Source of the DNA: Eledone cirrhosa
Taxonomy: Eukaryota
Direction of reading: 5' to 3'
Length of the DNA stretch: 64,000 bases
NCBI GenBank assembly: GCA_964016885.1
Contig: OZ024745.1
Coordinates: 80,662,001-80,726,000, forward strand
This document shows positions 13,166 to 24,749 of this stretch, piece after piece. Each line of letters opens with the position of its first letter. The first letter of the stretch is position 1. The notes below the pieces were generated by a model. The model had not been told where the DNA came from. It worked only from the letters and a program-made list of their open reading frames with translations, and ran no database searches. The position numbers and the translations under genes were made by a program.

Positions 13166-14564
13166 CTGAAAAATAAAAATAATTGAATCTAAATGGAAAT
13201 CTAGTTTAAAACATTACTTAACTAAGACCTCAGATCAGATTTATTTCATTAAAATGTTATTCATTTTTATAATCCTACTGAGAGTGATTCATTAAGCACC
13301 ATGAGTTTCTATCAAATAGCAAGCATGTCTATGGCAGATTGTTTGCAAACTTCATATTTGAAATCTTTAAATAAGATTTTAAAGATGTTGAAATTATTCT
13401 TATGAATTTTTTTTTCAGTGAAATCTTTCCAAATATTGTTTAAATATATTCGACACAATGAAACTCCCATGAATATAGTTAGAATGCCCATAAAATGAGA
13501 GTGTTTTTCTTAAACAGAAAATGCTCTTAAATCATAATAAGAATATGATAAAGTGATTAGCTTGTTTACATTGTGTTTGACCCTATGTTAGATGTAAAAA
13601 TACTAAACTATTCTTCACTTTCTCCAATAAAACAATATTTTCTTTTGTTTATCTATGTTGTCATTTAACCCATAATATATCTTTTCTTCTTTAACATCCA
13701 CTTTTATTATTAAGGGGAAGACCAGGGTGATTGACTGGCTGAATCAATAGAGCATTGGACAAAATGCTTTGTAGCATTTGTTTCTCTCTTTACATTCTAA
13801 GTTCAAATCATGTTGAGGTCAACTTTGCCTTTCATCTTTCCAGGTTCAATAAAATAAAGTACCATTCAAGTGCTGGGGATGATATAATCGATATTGCCTC
13901 TCTCCCATCCCTCACCAAATTGATGGCCTTGTGCCTAAATTAGAAATCGTTATTAAGGAGAAAACCCATTACATAAGAAAAATTGTTCACTTAACACTGA
14001 CTGATATACATTTACTATTCATCTCTATCTATTGCAAAGTCAGCAGATTCTCTAAGTCTAACATTGTGGCCAATTGTATATTTGATCTTCTCAAAGCGAG
14101 AGTCATTAGAATGTTGGACAGAATGCTTTGGGGGTATTCATGTCAATTCTCTTCTCTCTGAGAGCAAATCCCGCTGAAGTCAACTTTGACTTTCGTCCTT
14201 TCGAGGTCGATAAAAAAGTACCAGTCCAGTACTGGGTTTGTTTCTTCCTCTATATCTTTTTCTCATTTCTTTTCTATCCCTATCATTCTTTCTTTGGAAG
14301 AAATTGGCAGTGTTCATACAAGGAGAAGAGATGGGCTCCACCAGGTTTTTATGTCACGCCAGTGTCCTTCCAACTCTATCAGAAGTGACAGATTAAAGGA
14401 TAAAGTATGTTTAATAGGAATTGATCTTTTTCAATGAAAAAAACTAATCAGTTAATCATAACTTTCTATTGTTACAGACTTGTTGGATGTGATATGACAG
14501 AAAGTTAAAATGTTTTCTTGTTAATGAAGCCAATTAGCATAAATAACTGTAAAAGTGTAAATAC

Positions 14565-14870
14565 CCACCTCAGTCATGAATGACCACAGGATTGGCACCT
14601 AGAAAGTTCTCCTTCTGATGCACAAGTCCAGGCAAGATTGTTTGTGGAAAACCACCAGTAACCCATAAACACCAGTCACCCTTCTCCACATTAATGTCAT
14701 TGTCTAAGGGAAAAGCAATGGCCGATACAGCTTGGCACCAGTGATGACACAACTCATTTCTACAGCTGAATGAACTGGAGCAATGTGAAATAAAGTGTCT
14801 TGCTCCAGAATGCAACACAGCCTGGTCTGGAAATCGAACTCACAACCTTGTGATTGTAAACCCCAAACTT
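14565..14870 (-). mobile_element. SINE related to family A (same head and core, different tail)
   Basis: Shares ctcatttctacagctg...caatgtgaaataaagtgtcttgctc and the B-box region with family A. Confidence 0.7.
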
Positions 14871-15190
14871 TAATTAACTTGGACTCGTTTAAGCAGTGAT
14901 ATATAAAAATAATACTTTTCAAGGATTATAGTTAAATAGTTCTGTTGCATAGCAGCGATGCTGGGGTCCTAGCATTAATGAAAACATTAGTAATAAAGAC
15001 ATTAACTCTGTTTTAAGATCTACATTGGGATTTTCCAGAAAAAAACAACAATAAAAGCATTAAAAACAGGTCAATCACAAGAGTAGGTCTTTCTCTACTG
15101 ACTCAGTTGAGAGATTCCTTTATCTATAAAATGGATAACTTCTGATAATTGGAATCTTCCTAATTTTAATTAAGAAAATGTTTTGATTAC

Positions 15191-15275
15191 TTATTTGTTG
15201 CATAAATATCTAGATTATTTTTGACTTTATTAGCTTCACATGTGTTCAGGTGATGTTCCATAAGACTTCGGTCAC
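15191..15275 (-). CDS. GRID2IP: Delphilin-like exon: third HN-like repeat, first part
   Basis: ttttag|GT GAC ... AA|gtaatc; DRSLMEHHLNTCEANKVKNNLDIYATN; phases 1/2 fit both neighbours. Confidence 0.7.
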
Positions 15276-15299
15276 CTAAAATAAAATAAATATTAAATG

Positions 15300-15590
15300 A
15301 GATAAAACAAACTAAATTAACTCTAATTAAATTTTAACCCTAAATTAACCAAACAAAAATAACTTAGCCCTAAATTAATCAAACAAAATTAAATTAACTC
15401 TAAATTAATCAAACAAAATTAACCAAACAAAATTAAATTAACTCTAAATTAATCAAACAAAATTAAGCTAACCCTAAATTAATCAAACAAAAATAACTTA
15501 ACCCTAAATCAAACAAACACAATTAAGTTATCCCTAAATTAACCAGACAAAATTAAATTAATCCTAAATTAAATAAACCCAAACCAATTA
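15300..15590. repeat. Degenerate tandem repeat, unit about 30 bp
   Basis: aaccctaaattaatcaaacaaaattaaatt-like units, about 9 copies. Confidence 0.8.
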
Positions 15591-16021
15591 AAAGCACTCA
15601 TAGAGTCATGATATAAAAGACCCAGTCTACACTGTAATATTGTTGGCATTAGGAAGGGTATCTGTCCATAGAAACCAAGCCAAAAAGAAAATCATGACAT
15701 GATCACCTGATCTAATTAGTCTCATAGGAAGGGCATTCAGCTGTAGAAAACCTGCCAAATAAAGGGTTAGGAGGACCTTCAACTGTGTCAAAGACATAAC
15801 AACCTCCCTAGTACTGGTGTCATGATTAAATGCACTCAGTAGACTGTGGGTCTGTATGTCACCTGAGAATACTGACTTGGTCTATCAAGACCCGACCAAA
15901 CCTTGCTAGCAGGGAAAACATATGTTGAATCATGAGGATGATTTCTGCTACTTTTGTAGAGGAAATGAATGAGATTGTTAGAGAAAAAGATGGAAAAGGG
16001 ATATAAAGCTGAAGAACGTAC

Positions 16022-16170
16022 TGCTGTTTAAGTTAACATCAAGATTTTCTTTTATTCGAATGTATTTCCTTTCTTTTGTTGACATTTTCAGCAATAAGAA
16101 CAACCAGAGAGACTTCTTGGATGGTGTGTCCAGAAGTAACCGCAGGTATGTTAATAATTTAAAGATGTTA
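16022..16170 (-). CDS. GRID2IP: Delphilin-like exon: HN domain 2, second part
   Basis: tttag|T AAC ... A|gtacgt; NIFKLLTYLRLLLDTPSKKSLWLFLL..., matching the HN motif LDTPxKxxLW. Confidence 0.8.
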
Positions 16171-17245
16171 CTAAAGAACAAATTAAAAGAAAAAATTAAA
16201 CAAAAAAGAGAATGAAAGAAACAAAAATATCAAAATAAATAAAAGAATTTATTCTTTTGTTGTTCCCCCCATCATTATTTAATGTCTGCTTTCCATGCTG
16301 ACCTGGGTTTGGTCATGGGAGATTGTCACATATATCCCTCCAACTCCTGCTAGCATGTATATAGACTTAAAACGATGATGATAATGATACGGATGATGGT
16401 GATGTCGATGATGATGGTGATGATGACAATGTGAATGATAATGATGATGACAACAACAATGATAATGATGATGACAACGATAATAATTATTTCTACTTTT
16501 GGCACAAGGCCAGCAATACCCAGTGCATTTCTGGTACTTTATTTTATCGACCCCCCCCCCCCCCCCGTAAGGATGAAATCAAAGTTAACCTCGGCGGGAT
16601 TTGAACTCAGATCATAAAGGGCCGTAACTCTATGCTGCAAAGCATGCTGCCCGACCCTCTACTGATACTGCCAATCCACCGTCCAACGATAATAATGACG
16701 ATAATGATGATGATGATGATGACAATGATAATTGTTTCTACTTTTTGGCACAAGGCCAGCAATTACCCAGTGTATTACTGGTACTTTATTTTATCGACCT
16801 CATAAGGATGAAAGGCAAAGCTAACCTCGGCGGGACTTGAACTCAGAATGGCAAGGGCCATAACTCAATGCGCCAAAGCATGGCACCCGACCCTCTACCG
16901 ATACTGCCAATCCACTGCCCTTGATGACAATGATAATGATAATGATAGACAATTAAGTCATATATTGTTTTATTCTTTTACTTGTTTCAGGCATTAGACT
17001 ACAGCCATGCTGGGGTACCGACTTGATTTAATCAAACATATCGACTCCAGTACTTATTTTTTCAAGTTTGGTAATTATTTTATTGATCTCTAAGTTTTTG
17101 ATTCAGTGTATGTTTGATCTGAGATGTTTAGGTTTTATGTTGTTTGTAACTAATGTGGATGACTCATAAGATTATTGTCTTTGATATGTGCAGTGATTGT
17201 ATCAGTGTACTTCTGAAAGAGACTAGATTTTTACGTGTCTATTAA

Positions 17246-17466
17246 CCCTTTAGTATTTAAACTGGCCATATTTGGCCAGAATTCTCTCACCTCTTTCTGT
17301 TCTAACCGGCTGTAACCAACTGCTTTTACTTATTTTAAGGTATTGTTCTTAAAATAAATAATATCAAAAGCTCGTAGATTTGAGATTATGTGAGATAATT
17401 ATGGGAGATCAAATGTTTACAGTGAAAATACAATAGTAAATATGGAGTAATGTAAATACTAAAGGG
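17246..17466. mobile_element. piggyBac-type MITE, second copy
   Basis: TTAA TSD; TIR CCCTTTAGTATTTA/TAAATACTAAAGGG. Confidence 0.85.
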
Positions 17467-17774
17467 TTAAAGAAAATTCTCTGGGTGTTTTTTCTATGTA
17501 TTAAATGTATATCTGATATGAAGGATTTAGGTTGTGTTGTGTGTTGTTTATAAGTAGAAATAGTAAAATGTACAATATAGTGTGTTATTCATTAAAATGT
17601 ATAATTACATTGAAGTGTAAACTGAGAATAAAGAGATGAGGAGAGCAGGAGAGATGGAGGCAGTGATAGTGGGTGTTTGGTTCCTTTGTGTTCGGACCTG
17701 ATGTACATGTATATGTTTTGCCAACACACTCATACTGAGGCATAACTAAACATTATGGAATTAAATTTAGAAAA

Positions 17775-20529
17775 ATACACTAAATCCCTCCCCCATGAAG
17801 AATGCACCTCCCAACATAGCCTCATAGTTAGCGACCTCATAGTCAGGACGAGACGTATTCAACAACAGAGGAGGACTATCCTTAGGAGAAAAATATGGAA
17901 GTTAAAGGACCCCACAGCCAGTAATAAATTTAAAAGCATATTACTTGATGCTTTTAACAGTAAGGAAGAGCAATTAGAGTCGTACAATATAGAGGAACAG
18001 TGGGTATTCCTGAAAGCTAACCTGCTGAAGGCGACAGATGAAATCTGTGGCTGGAGCAGACTTATAGGCAGGAGGAGAGTAACTTGTTGGTGGAACAGTA
18101 AGGTGGAGGAGTCTATCAAGGCCAAAAAGCAGGCTTGGAAAGTATGGTGGGATGGGGAAAGTAGAGAAGACTATCAAGTGGCCAGGAGGGAAGCTAGGAG
18201 ACAAGTGTACTTCGCAAGAAGGGAAGCAGAGGAAAGAAAGTTCAAGCATGTTCTACAACGCGACGACCAAAAACGTGAGGTGTTCAGGAATGCTAGACAA
18301 TGTGTCAAGGAGAACCGTGATATTGTCGGGGAGAAGTGTGTTGTCCGTAATGATGATGGTGTACTTGCCACCACTGACGCTGATAAGAAGGTAGCTTGGA
18401 AATGTCACTACGAAAGGCTACTAAATGAGGAGAATAAATGGGAGAAAGACAGTCTCCCCCACATCGATCCAATAGAGGGATCAGCAGTGCAAGTTGAAGG
18501 TAGTATAATAAGTAAGGCAATCAAAGATATGAAGACGGGCAAGGCGGCTGGGCCTTCGGAAATAGTTGCTGAAATGCTGAAAGCATCTGGAACGGTGGGA
18601 CACACTATGGTCACCCGGATAGTAAACCAAGTTATACAGAATGGGGTCGTACCAAAGGACTGGCGTAGTAGCATCATCATTAACTGCTACAAGGGTAAAG
18701 GAGATGCCATAGATAGGTGAAACTATAGAGGCATTAAATTAATTGACCAGGTCATGAAGGTCACAGAAAAAGTAATAGTGCATCTAATCAGAGAGCGAAT
18801 TGATCTAGATGAAATGCAGTTCGGGTTTGTGTCAGGTAAAAGTACCACAGACGCTCTTTTCATTGTACAACAACTACAGGAGAAGTACCTAGCTAAAAGT
18901 AAACCCCTTTACTTAGCTTTTGTAGACCTGGAGAAAGCCTTTGACAGAGTCCCCTGCTCCATTATCTGGTGGGCTCTTAGAAAACTAGGTGTAGATGAAT
19001 GGCTTGTGAGAGCTATACAAGCCATGTATAAAGAAACAGTCAGCAAGGTTAGAATTAACAACAAATAGAGTGAAGAGTTTAGCATAAAAGTTGGTGTTCA
19101 TCAGGGCTCAGTCCTTAGCCCCCTCCTATTTATTATCACCCTCCAAGCTATAACGGAGGAGTTCAAGACTGGCTGCCCATGGGAACTTCTATACGCAGAT
19201 GATCTAACGCTCATAGCCGAATCAATGGCTGAACTAGAGAAGAAATTCCAAACATGGAAGCATGGCCTAGAATCAAAAGGCCTTAAAGTTAACTTGTCTG
19301 AGACTAAAGTCCTAATATGTAGGAAGGAGAATAGGGCACTGGTCCCATCTGGGAAATGGCCATGTTCAGTGTGTAGGAAAGGAGTAGACAGAAGCTCCAT
19401 TTTATGTCCCAAATGCAAAGTATGGGTTCATAAAAGATGTAGTGGGATCACAGGTAAGGTAACTAAGAATATAGATTTTATATGTGGCCGGTGCTCTGGT
19501 GCAATAAGTAGCAGCATATGCCCACAGAATACTAGCTCATTCCATTGCCCAGATGGTTCTATAGAAATAGTGGACACCTTCCGTTACCTGGGGGACAAAA
19601 TCAGCAGTGGTGGAGGGTGCTCCGAAAGTACTGTAGCTAGAGTCCGAACGGGATGGAAAAAGTTCAGAGAGCTTATACCACTATTGTCCGCTAAAGGTTC
19701 TCTCTAAAAATAAAAGGCAGACTGTATGATGCCTGCATACGAACAGCGATGTTACATGGCAGTGAGACATGGGCCTTGTGTGCAGAGGATCTATGCAGAC
19801 TGGAGAGGAACGAAGCTTGCATGCTCCGTTGGATGTGTAATAGTAATATACGTGAACGGCAAAGCATAGACGAACTAAGTGAGAAATTAGGAATAAGAGG
19901 GATCAGATGCTGTTTACTCGAGAGAAGACTACGTTGGTATGGTCACGTGATGCGCATGAAAGATGACAGCTGTATAAAAAAGTGCAGGGCGATCAAAATA
20001 GACGGTAGCTACAGAGTAGGCAGACCCAGAAAAACCTGGGATGACTTGATAAAATCCGACCTCACACACTTACACCTCTCCAAGACAATGTCACTGGACC
20101 GAGATCTTTGGCGCTACGTAGTAATACAGAAGACCCGCCTTGCCTAAGTACAAAGTGAAACCTACAGTCAGTAGGAACCTCTTAACCAAAATACACCCGC
20201 GCCCCACTACCCCCACCGCCATCTACACCACCCCTTTCGATTGTAAAGCTATGTTGGTACCACAACATCCAGTCCTAAAGAAATGAGATTGTGTAGGTGT
20301 CATGACAAAAAAACACACAGTCCACGCTGTAATGTGGCCATGTAGGTAACACGGTAAAAACCTCCCAGTCCATACTGTAAACATGGTTGGTGTTAGGAAG
20401 GGCATTCAGCCGTAGAAAACCCGCCAGACAGTCCTGAGCAAGACAACCAATCTTGCCTCAAGTGGGACAACTCCCGTCCAGACTCATGCTAGCGTGGAAG
20501 ATGGACGTTAAACGATGATGATGATGATG
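17775..20529 (+). mobile_element. 5'-truncated, disrupted RTE-clade LINE
   Basis: RT motifs (AFVDLEKAFDRVP, GVHQGSVLSPLLF, LLYADDL, FRYLG), RTE-type C-terminus (RRLRWYGHVMR...GRPRKTW), stops and frameshifts, (GAT)n tail. Confidence 0.92.
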
Positions 20530-20844
20530 TGAAATGTATTTCATTCAGTTTTGTAAAGAAACATTTTCCGTCAAATGAAACCTATGGTACCACTCACAGT
20601 GAATTTCTTCTATATTTACCAATTTATTTAACTAAGATGAATGATTCTATAACTCAGACTACTATAGTGAGAGTAACTGCTAGGTAAAAATTCAAAAAAT
20701 TCAATAGTGTTTAACAGAGAAGAATAAAAACAAATATACAAAAAAATCTTAAGTAAATAAATACAGAAGAAAAGAATAACTGAACAAAAAACAAAAAAAA
20801 AACAAAAAAAAAAAAAACAATTTTATATGAGAAATGTGTATTAC

Positions 20845-20915
20845 CTGGAGTTAGTATACTGGAAAAAGTATAACAACAATAATCTTCGTTCAAGTGCTGT
20901 TAATAAATATTCCAT
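20845..20915 (-). CDS. GRID2IP: Delphilin-like exon: HN domain 2, first part
   Basis: ttcag|ATG ... AG|gtaata; MEYLLTALERRLLLLYFFQYTNS, similar to delphilin LEHLLTPPER (recalled from memory). Confidence 0.75.
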
Positions 20916-21078
20916 CTGAAAATGTAGATTGCAGTTTGATAAAAATTAACTATTGTTCACTCTGAACGATCGACAAGATCCCAGACCTCATTAGCTTGCT
21001 TAGAGGGCTGGACCTCGTCAAATCAGACCAAGGAAACAATGTTTCCATTGGTCTTTCCCTTGCTGATACTATCTACCA

Positions 21079-21179
21079 GCTATGGCAGTACATATTCTAA
21101 AATTGGAATGATACAGAGAAGATTAGCATGGCCCATGTGCAAGGATGACACACAAATTCGTGAAGCGTTCCATATTTTT
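21079..21179 (+). pseudogene. RNU6: U6 snRNA retropseudogene
   Basis: Matches U6 (ACAGAGAAGATTAGCATGGCCC...AAATTCGTGAAGCGTTCCATATTTTT) with several CpG-type substitutions and about 6 missing or diverged 5' nt. Confidence 0.92.
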
Positions 21180-21899
21180 CTGTTGTAGTGCACCTGAGCA
21201 CTGTACACAATAATTTCATCATTATTATTACCAGTCACAACTCCTGGCAGAAAGAGCAGCATGAAAATAAAGTGTCTTGTTCAAGGACACAACACATCAT
21301 CTGGGCCAAGAATTGAACTAACGACCTCACGATTGTGAATCCAACTCTCTAACCACTAAACCAACTATTGCTCAGAATCTTAACTATCAATTATTTTGTT
21401 TTTTTGGACTTAAAACATTCTTGTTATTACTTGTTATTACTCATTATTAGGGATTGGCAGTATCGGTAGAGGGTCAGACACCATGCTTTCCAGCATAGTT
21501 ACGTCCCTTTACAATCTGAGTTCAAATCCCGCCGAGGTTGACTTTGCCTTTCATCCTTACGGGGTCGATAAAATAAAGTACCAGTAATGCACTGGGATAA
21601 TTGATGGCCTTGTGCCAAAAGTAGAAACAATTATTACAACAGCCATTACTCCCTAATTACATACATTTATTTGATTTGGTACAGCATCAACACCAACCAG
21701 CTCTGTCCAGTTTACTGTGGCCTAGACTAATCTAGTTCCAGTTCATTTCCAGTTTGGCTCAGTTCCTTCAAAATGATAAAGCTCTTTCTTTCACATACCA
21801 AACCTATTATTACTGTCCACTTAACAAACCAACTGACCAACTGACCAGCTATAGCACTTCCAGGTATGCTTCCAGGTATGCTGATAGGAAGAGCAAGCA

Positions 21900-22145
21900 A
21901 CTGTAGAAACTATGCTCTCAGTACATGCTGTAATGTGGTTGGTGATAGTAAGGGCATCCAGCTGTGGAAGCCATGCTCCTAGTACATGCTGTAATGTGGT
22001 TGGTGATAGTAAGGGCATCCAACCATAGAAACCATGCTCTCAGCACATGCTGTAAAGTGTTTGGCATTAGGAAGGGCATCTAGCCATAGAAACCAAGCTC
22101 CCCGTACATTCTGTGAAGTGGTTGGTGATAGGGAGGGCATCCAGA
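21900..22145 (+). repeat. About 60-bp tandem repeat derived from the SINE-A/RTE tail
   Basis: Four copies of ...ctgtaa(t/a)gtggttgg...aagggcatcca...agaaacca. Confidence 0.75.
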
Positions 22146-22178
22146 ATATAAATAAACAACAAATGTATTCCCAAATAC

Positions 22179-22303
22179 CTTTTGTTTGAATGTGAAGCCT
22201 TCATTGTCTTGATAAGGGTTGAACTCCTCAATGATCCAATCAAAGGATTCTTCATTGGTGTTTGTAATGAAGCTGGTTGTTTCAAATAATGAATTCACCT
22301 GAA
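22179..22303 (-). CDS. GRID2IP: Delphilin-like exon: linker leading into HN domain 2
   Basis: ctccag|TT CAG ... AAG|gtattt; QVNSLFETTS...FDWIIEEFNPYQDNEGFTFKQK; phases 1/0. Confidence 0.7.
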
Positions 22304-22322
22304 CTGGAGAGTTGGATAGCAA

Positions 22323-22373
<51 letters not shown>

Positions 22374-22376
<3 letters not shown>

Positions 22377-22698
22377 AAGTTTAAACATTATATAAAAGAA
22401 GAGTATATATCAATTGAGAAACTACTGGTATTTTGTACATATATACTGATGAATGAAATAATGGTCTTAAGATGCTTATTACCAAAATTGATAATTGGTA
22501 ATTAATACTAATTACTAAAATCAATGATTTGTGTCTTTTCTATGCGTTTCATGAAACAGATCCATATAAGGAATTATAAGCTATGTTACCATTTTGAAGT
22601 AAGTATATTTACTTATAAATTACTCTGTTTATGTGTACAAAATACAAGTAGTATCTCAATTGACATATACCCTTTTTTATATATTGTTTAAACTTGTA
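22374..22698. repeat. Fold-back element with about 70-bp arms and a degenerate hammerhead-like core
   Basis: tacaagtttaaaca.../...tgtttaaacttgta arms; CTGATGA at 22446, atgaaat/gtttcat stem, GAAA at 22553; cleavage triplet not intact. Confidence 0.55.
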
Positions 22699-23053
22699 TA
22701 ATTGAAGCTCTGAACAAATGTTCTGTAAGGTTGGCACTTAGAAGAAAAGATTAGGTATATTTTGTCTATTTGCTCTTAACATTTATTATTATTATATAGC
22801 TCTGAAAGCGGAGTTTTGGCAGTGTTGTTTGGGCATTGGATAACATGCTTTGCTGCACAGTTATGGCCCTTTACGTTCTGAGTTCAAATCCTGCCAAGGT
22901 TAGCTTTATCCTTCATCCTTACGGAGTCGATAAAATAAAGCACCAGTAATGCACTGGGGTCGATTTAATCGACCCCCCCCCCCAAAAAAAAAAATTGCTG
23001 GCCTTGTGCTTATAGTAGAGATCATTATTATATCGATCTGATTCATTGATAAT

Positions 23054-23183
23054 TTAGATAGTAACATGTGCTTATGCTGTACTTGACTAAATAGAAATAG
23101 TCTGTTAGTTGGGATTTAAAAAACCCAACTAACAGACTAATTCTATTTAGTCAAATACAGCATAAGCACATGTTACTACCTAA
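23054..23183. repeat. Near-perfect 130-bp hairpin
   Basis: About 60-bp arms around an atttaaaaaa loop. Confidence 0.85.
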
Positions 23184-23316
23184 TTTTCAAATTACGTAGA
23201 AAGCATCTGTTAGGGATTAACAAAAATGTGCCCGTCGTGGTGCGCCAAAGAACGGATTGTATTTGTTGTCATGTCATGCCTCCACTACCAGGACTCATTG
23301 AACAACAACAACAATA

Positions 23317-23360
<44 letters not shown>

Positions 23361-24276
23361 CTTAAAAAGGCTACAGAAGGAATGCTAATGGCTGTGCAAG
23401 AGCAGGCCCTCAAAATGAAGTGGCTGAAACACCATATTTACAAGGAGGAGGCTAGCCCACTGTGCAGGATCTGTGGAGAGAGAGAGAAGACTGGCTCACA
23501 TTGTATCCGAGTGTAAATACCTAGGAGACCTTAAAAAGGCTACAGAAGGAATGCTAATGTCTGCGCAAGAGCAGGCCCTCAAAACGAAGTGGCTGAAACA
23601 CCATATTTACAAGGAGGAAGCTAGCCCACTCTGCAGGATCTGTGGAGAGAGAGAGGAGACTGTGGCTCACATTGTATCCGAGTGTAAACACCTAGCCCAG
23701 ACTCACTATAAAGGCTGGAGACATGATGTGATGGGCAGGGTGATCCACTGGCGCCTATGCAAAGTAAACAATTTACCACATTCTGAGAAGTGGTATGGGC
23801 ATAAGCCAGAGTCGGTGATAGAAACGATCAGGTGAAGGTGCTGTGGGATTTTAGGATACAGACGGAACACAATAGAAACTGGAACACAATAGACCTGACC
23901 TGGTGGTTTTGGGCAAGGAAAAAAGATCATGACTGATTGTGGATGTGGCCTGCCCATTCGACACGATTAACCGATACTAGGACTTAAAGTGGGAGGTAAA
24001 AAGGATTTGGAACTGCCATGAAGTCAAAGTGGTCCCGATTGTCATAGGCGCACTAGGTACTATCTCAAGGAGTATCCAGGGATGGTTAAAGAAGATTAGT
24101 CCAGCCCTGCTTTTTGGAATACTTCAAAAGGCATGCTTGCTGGGAACAGCAAGAACCCTCCGATACATCCTGAATATCTGAGGCTGCAGGTAGCAGCTTG
24201 ATATTCCTTTCAACAAACTTTCCAGTTAAATAACATCAATGACTGAGACTCAAAGAACAATAATAATAATAATAAT
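23361..24276 (+). mobile_element. 3' fragment of an R4/Dong-type LINE with internal tandem duplication
   Basis: High identity to 32394-33177; the first about 165 bp are duplicated; (AAT)n on both sides. Confidence 0.9.
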
Positions 24277-24462
24277 AATTGTTTCTACTTTAGGCACAAG
24301 GCCAGAAAATACCCAGTGCATTACTGGTACTTTATTTTATCGACCCCGTAAGGATGAAAGGCAAAGTCAACCTCGGCGGGATTTGAACTCAGATCGTAAA
24401 GGGACGTAACTATGCTGGAAAGCATGGCGTCCGACCCTCTACCGATACTGCCAATCCACCGC
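24277..24462 (-). mobile_element. SINE family B
   Basis: Full reverse-complement copy flanked by (AAT)n. Confidence 0.85.
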
Positions 24463-24465
24463 TGT

Positions 24466-24507
<42 letters not shown>

Positions 24508-24749
24508 TTTTCTTTATTAACCACAAGGGTTTACATAAAGTAGACATTAAGGACAGTACAGGACAATACAGGACAGTACAAATGGGCATTTCTGCGTGTA
24601 AAAAAACAGAGGTTGAAATAAAATAACAAAGAAAAATTCCCCAATAGGGGGGAGACTTCCGAGGGACATTTGTGGAGAAAGCCCATTAAAAGACCACAGT
24701 GGCCCTGACCACCAGGGCAAGTGCCCTCTCCCAGTTTTCCACCTTTAAT

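Noticed and set aside
14570-14703. In-phase candidate exon (NDINVEKGDW...IHD*)
   Set aside because: It lies within a SINE body and ends in a stop; the 15275 and 13165 exons give a better, domain-supported path.
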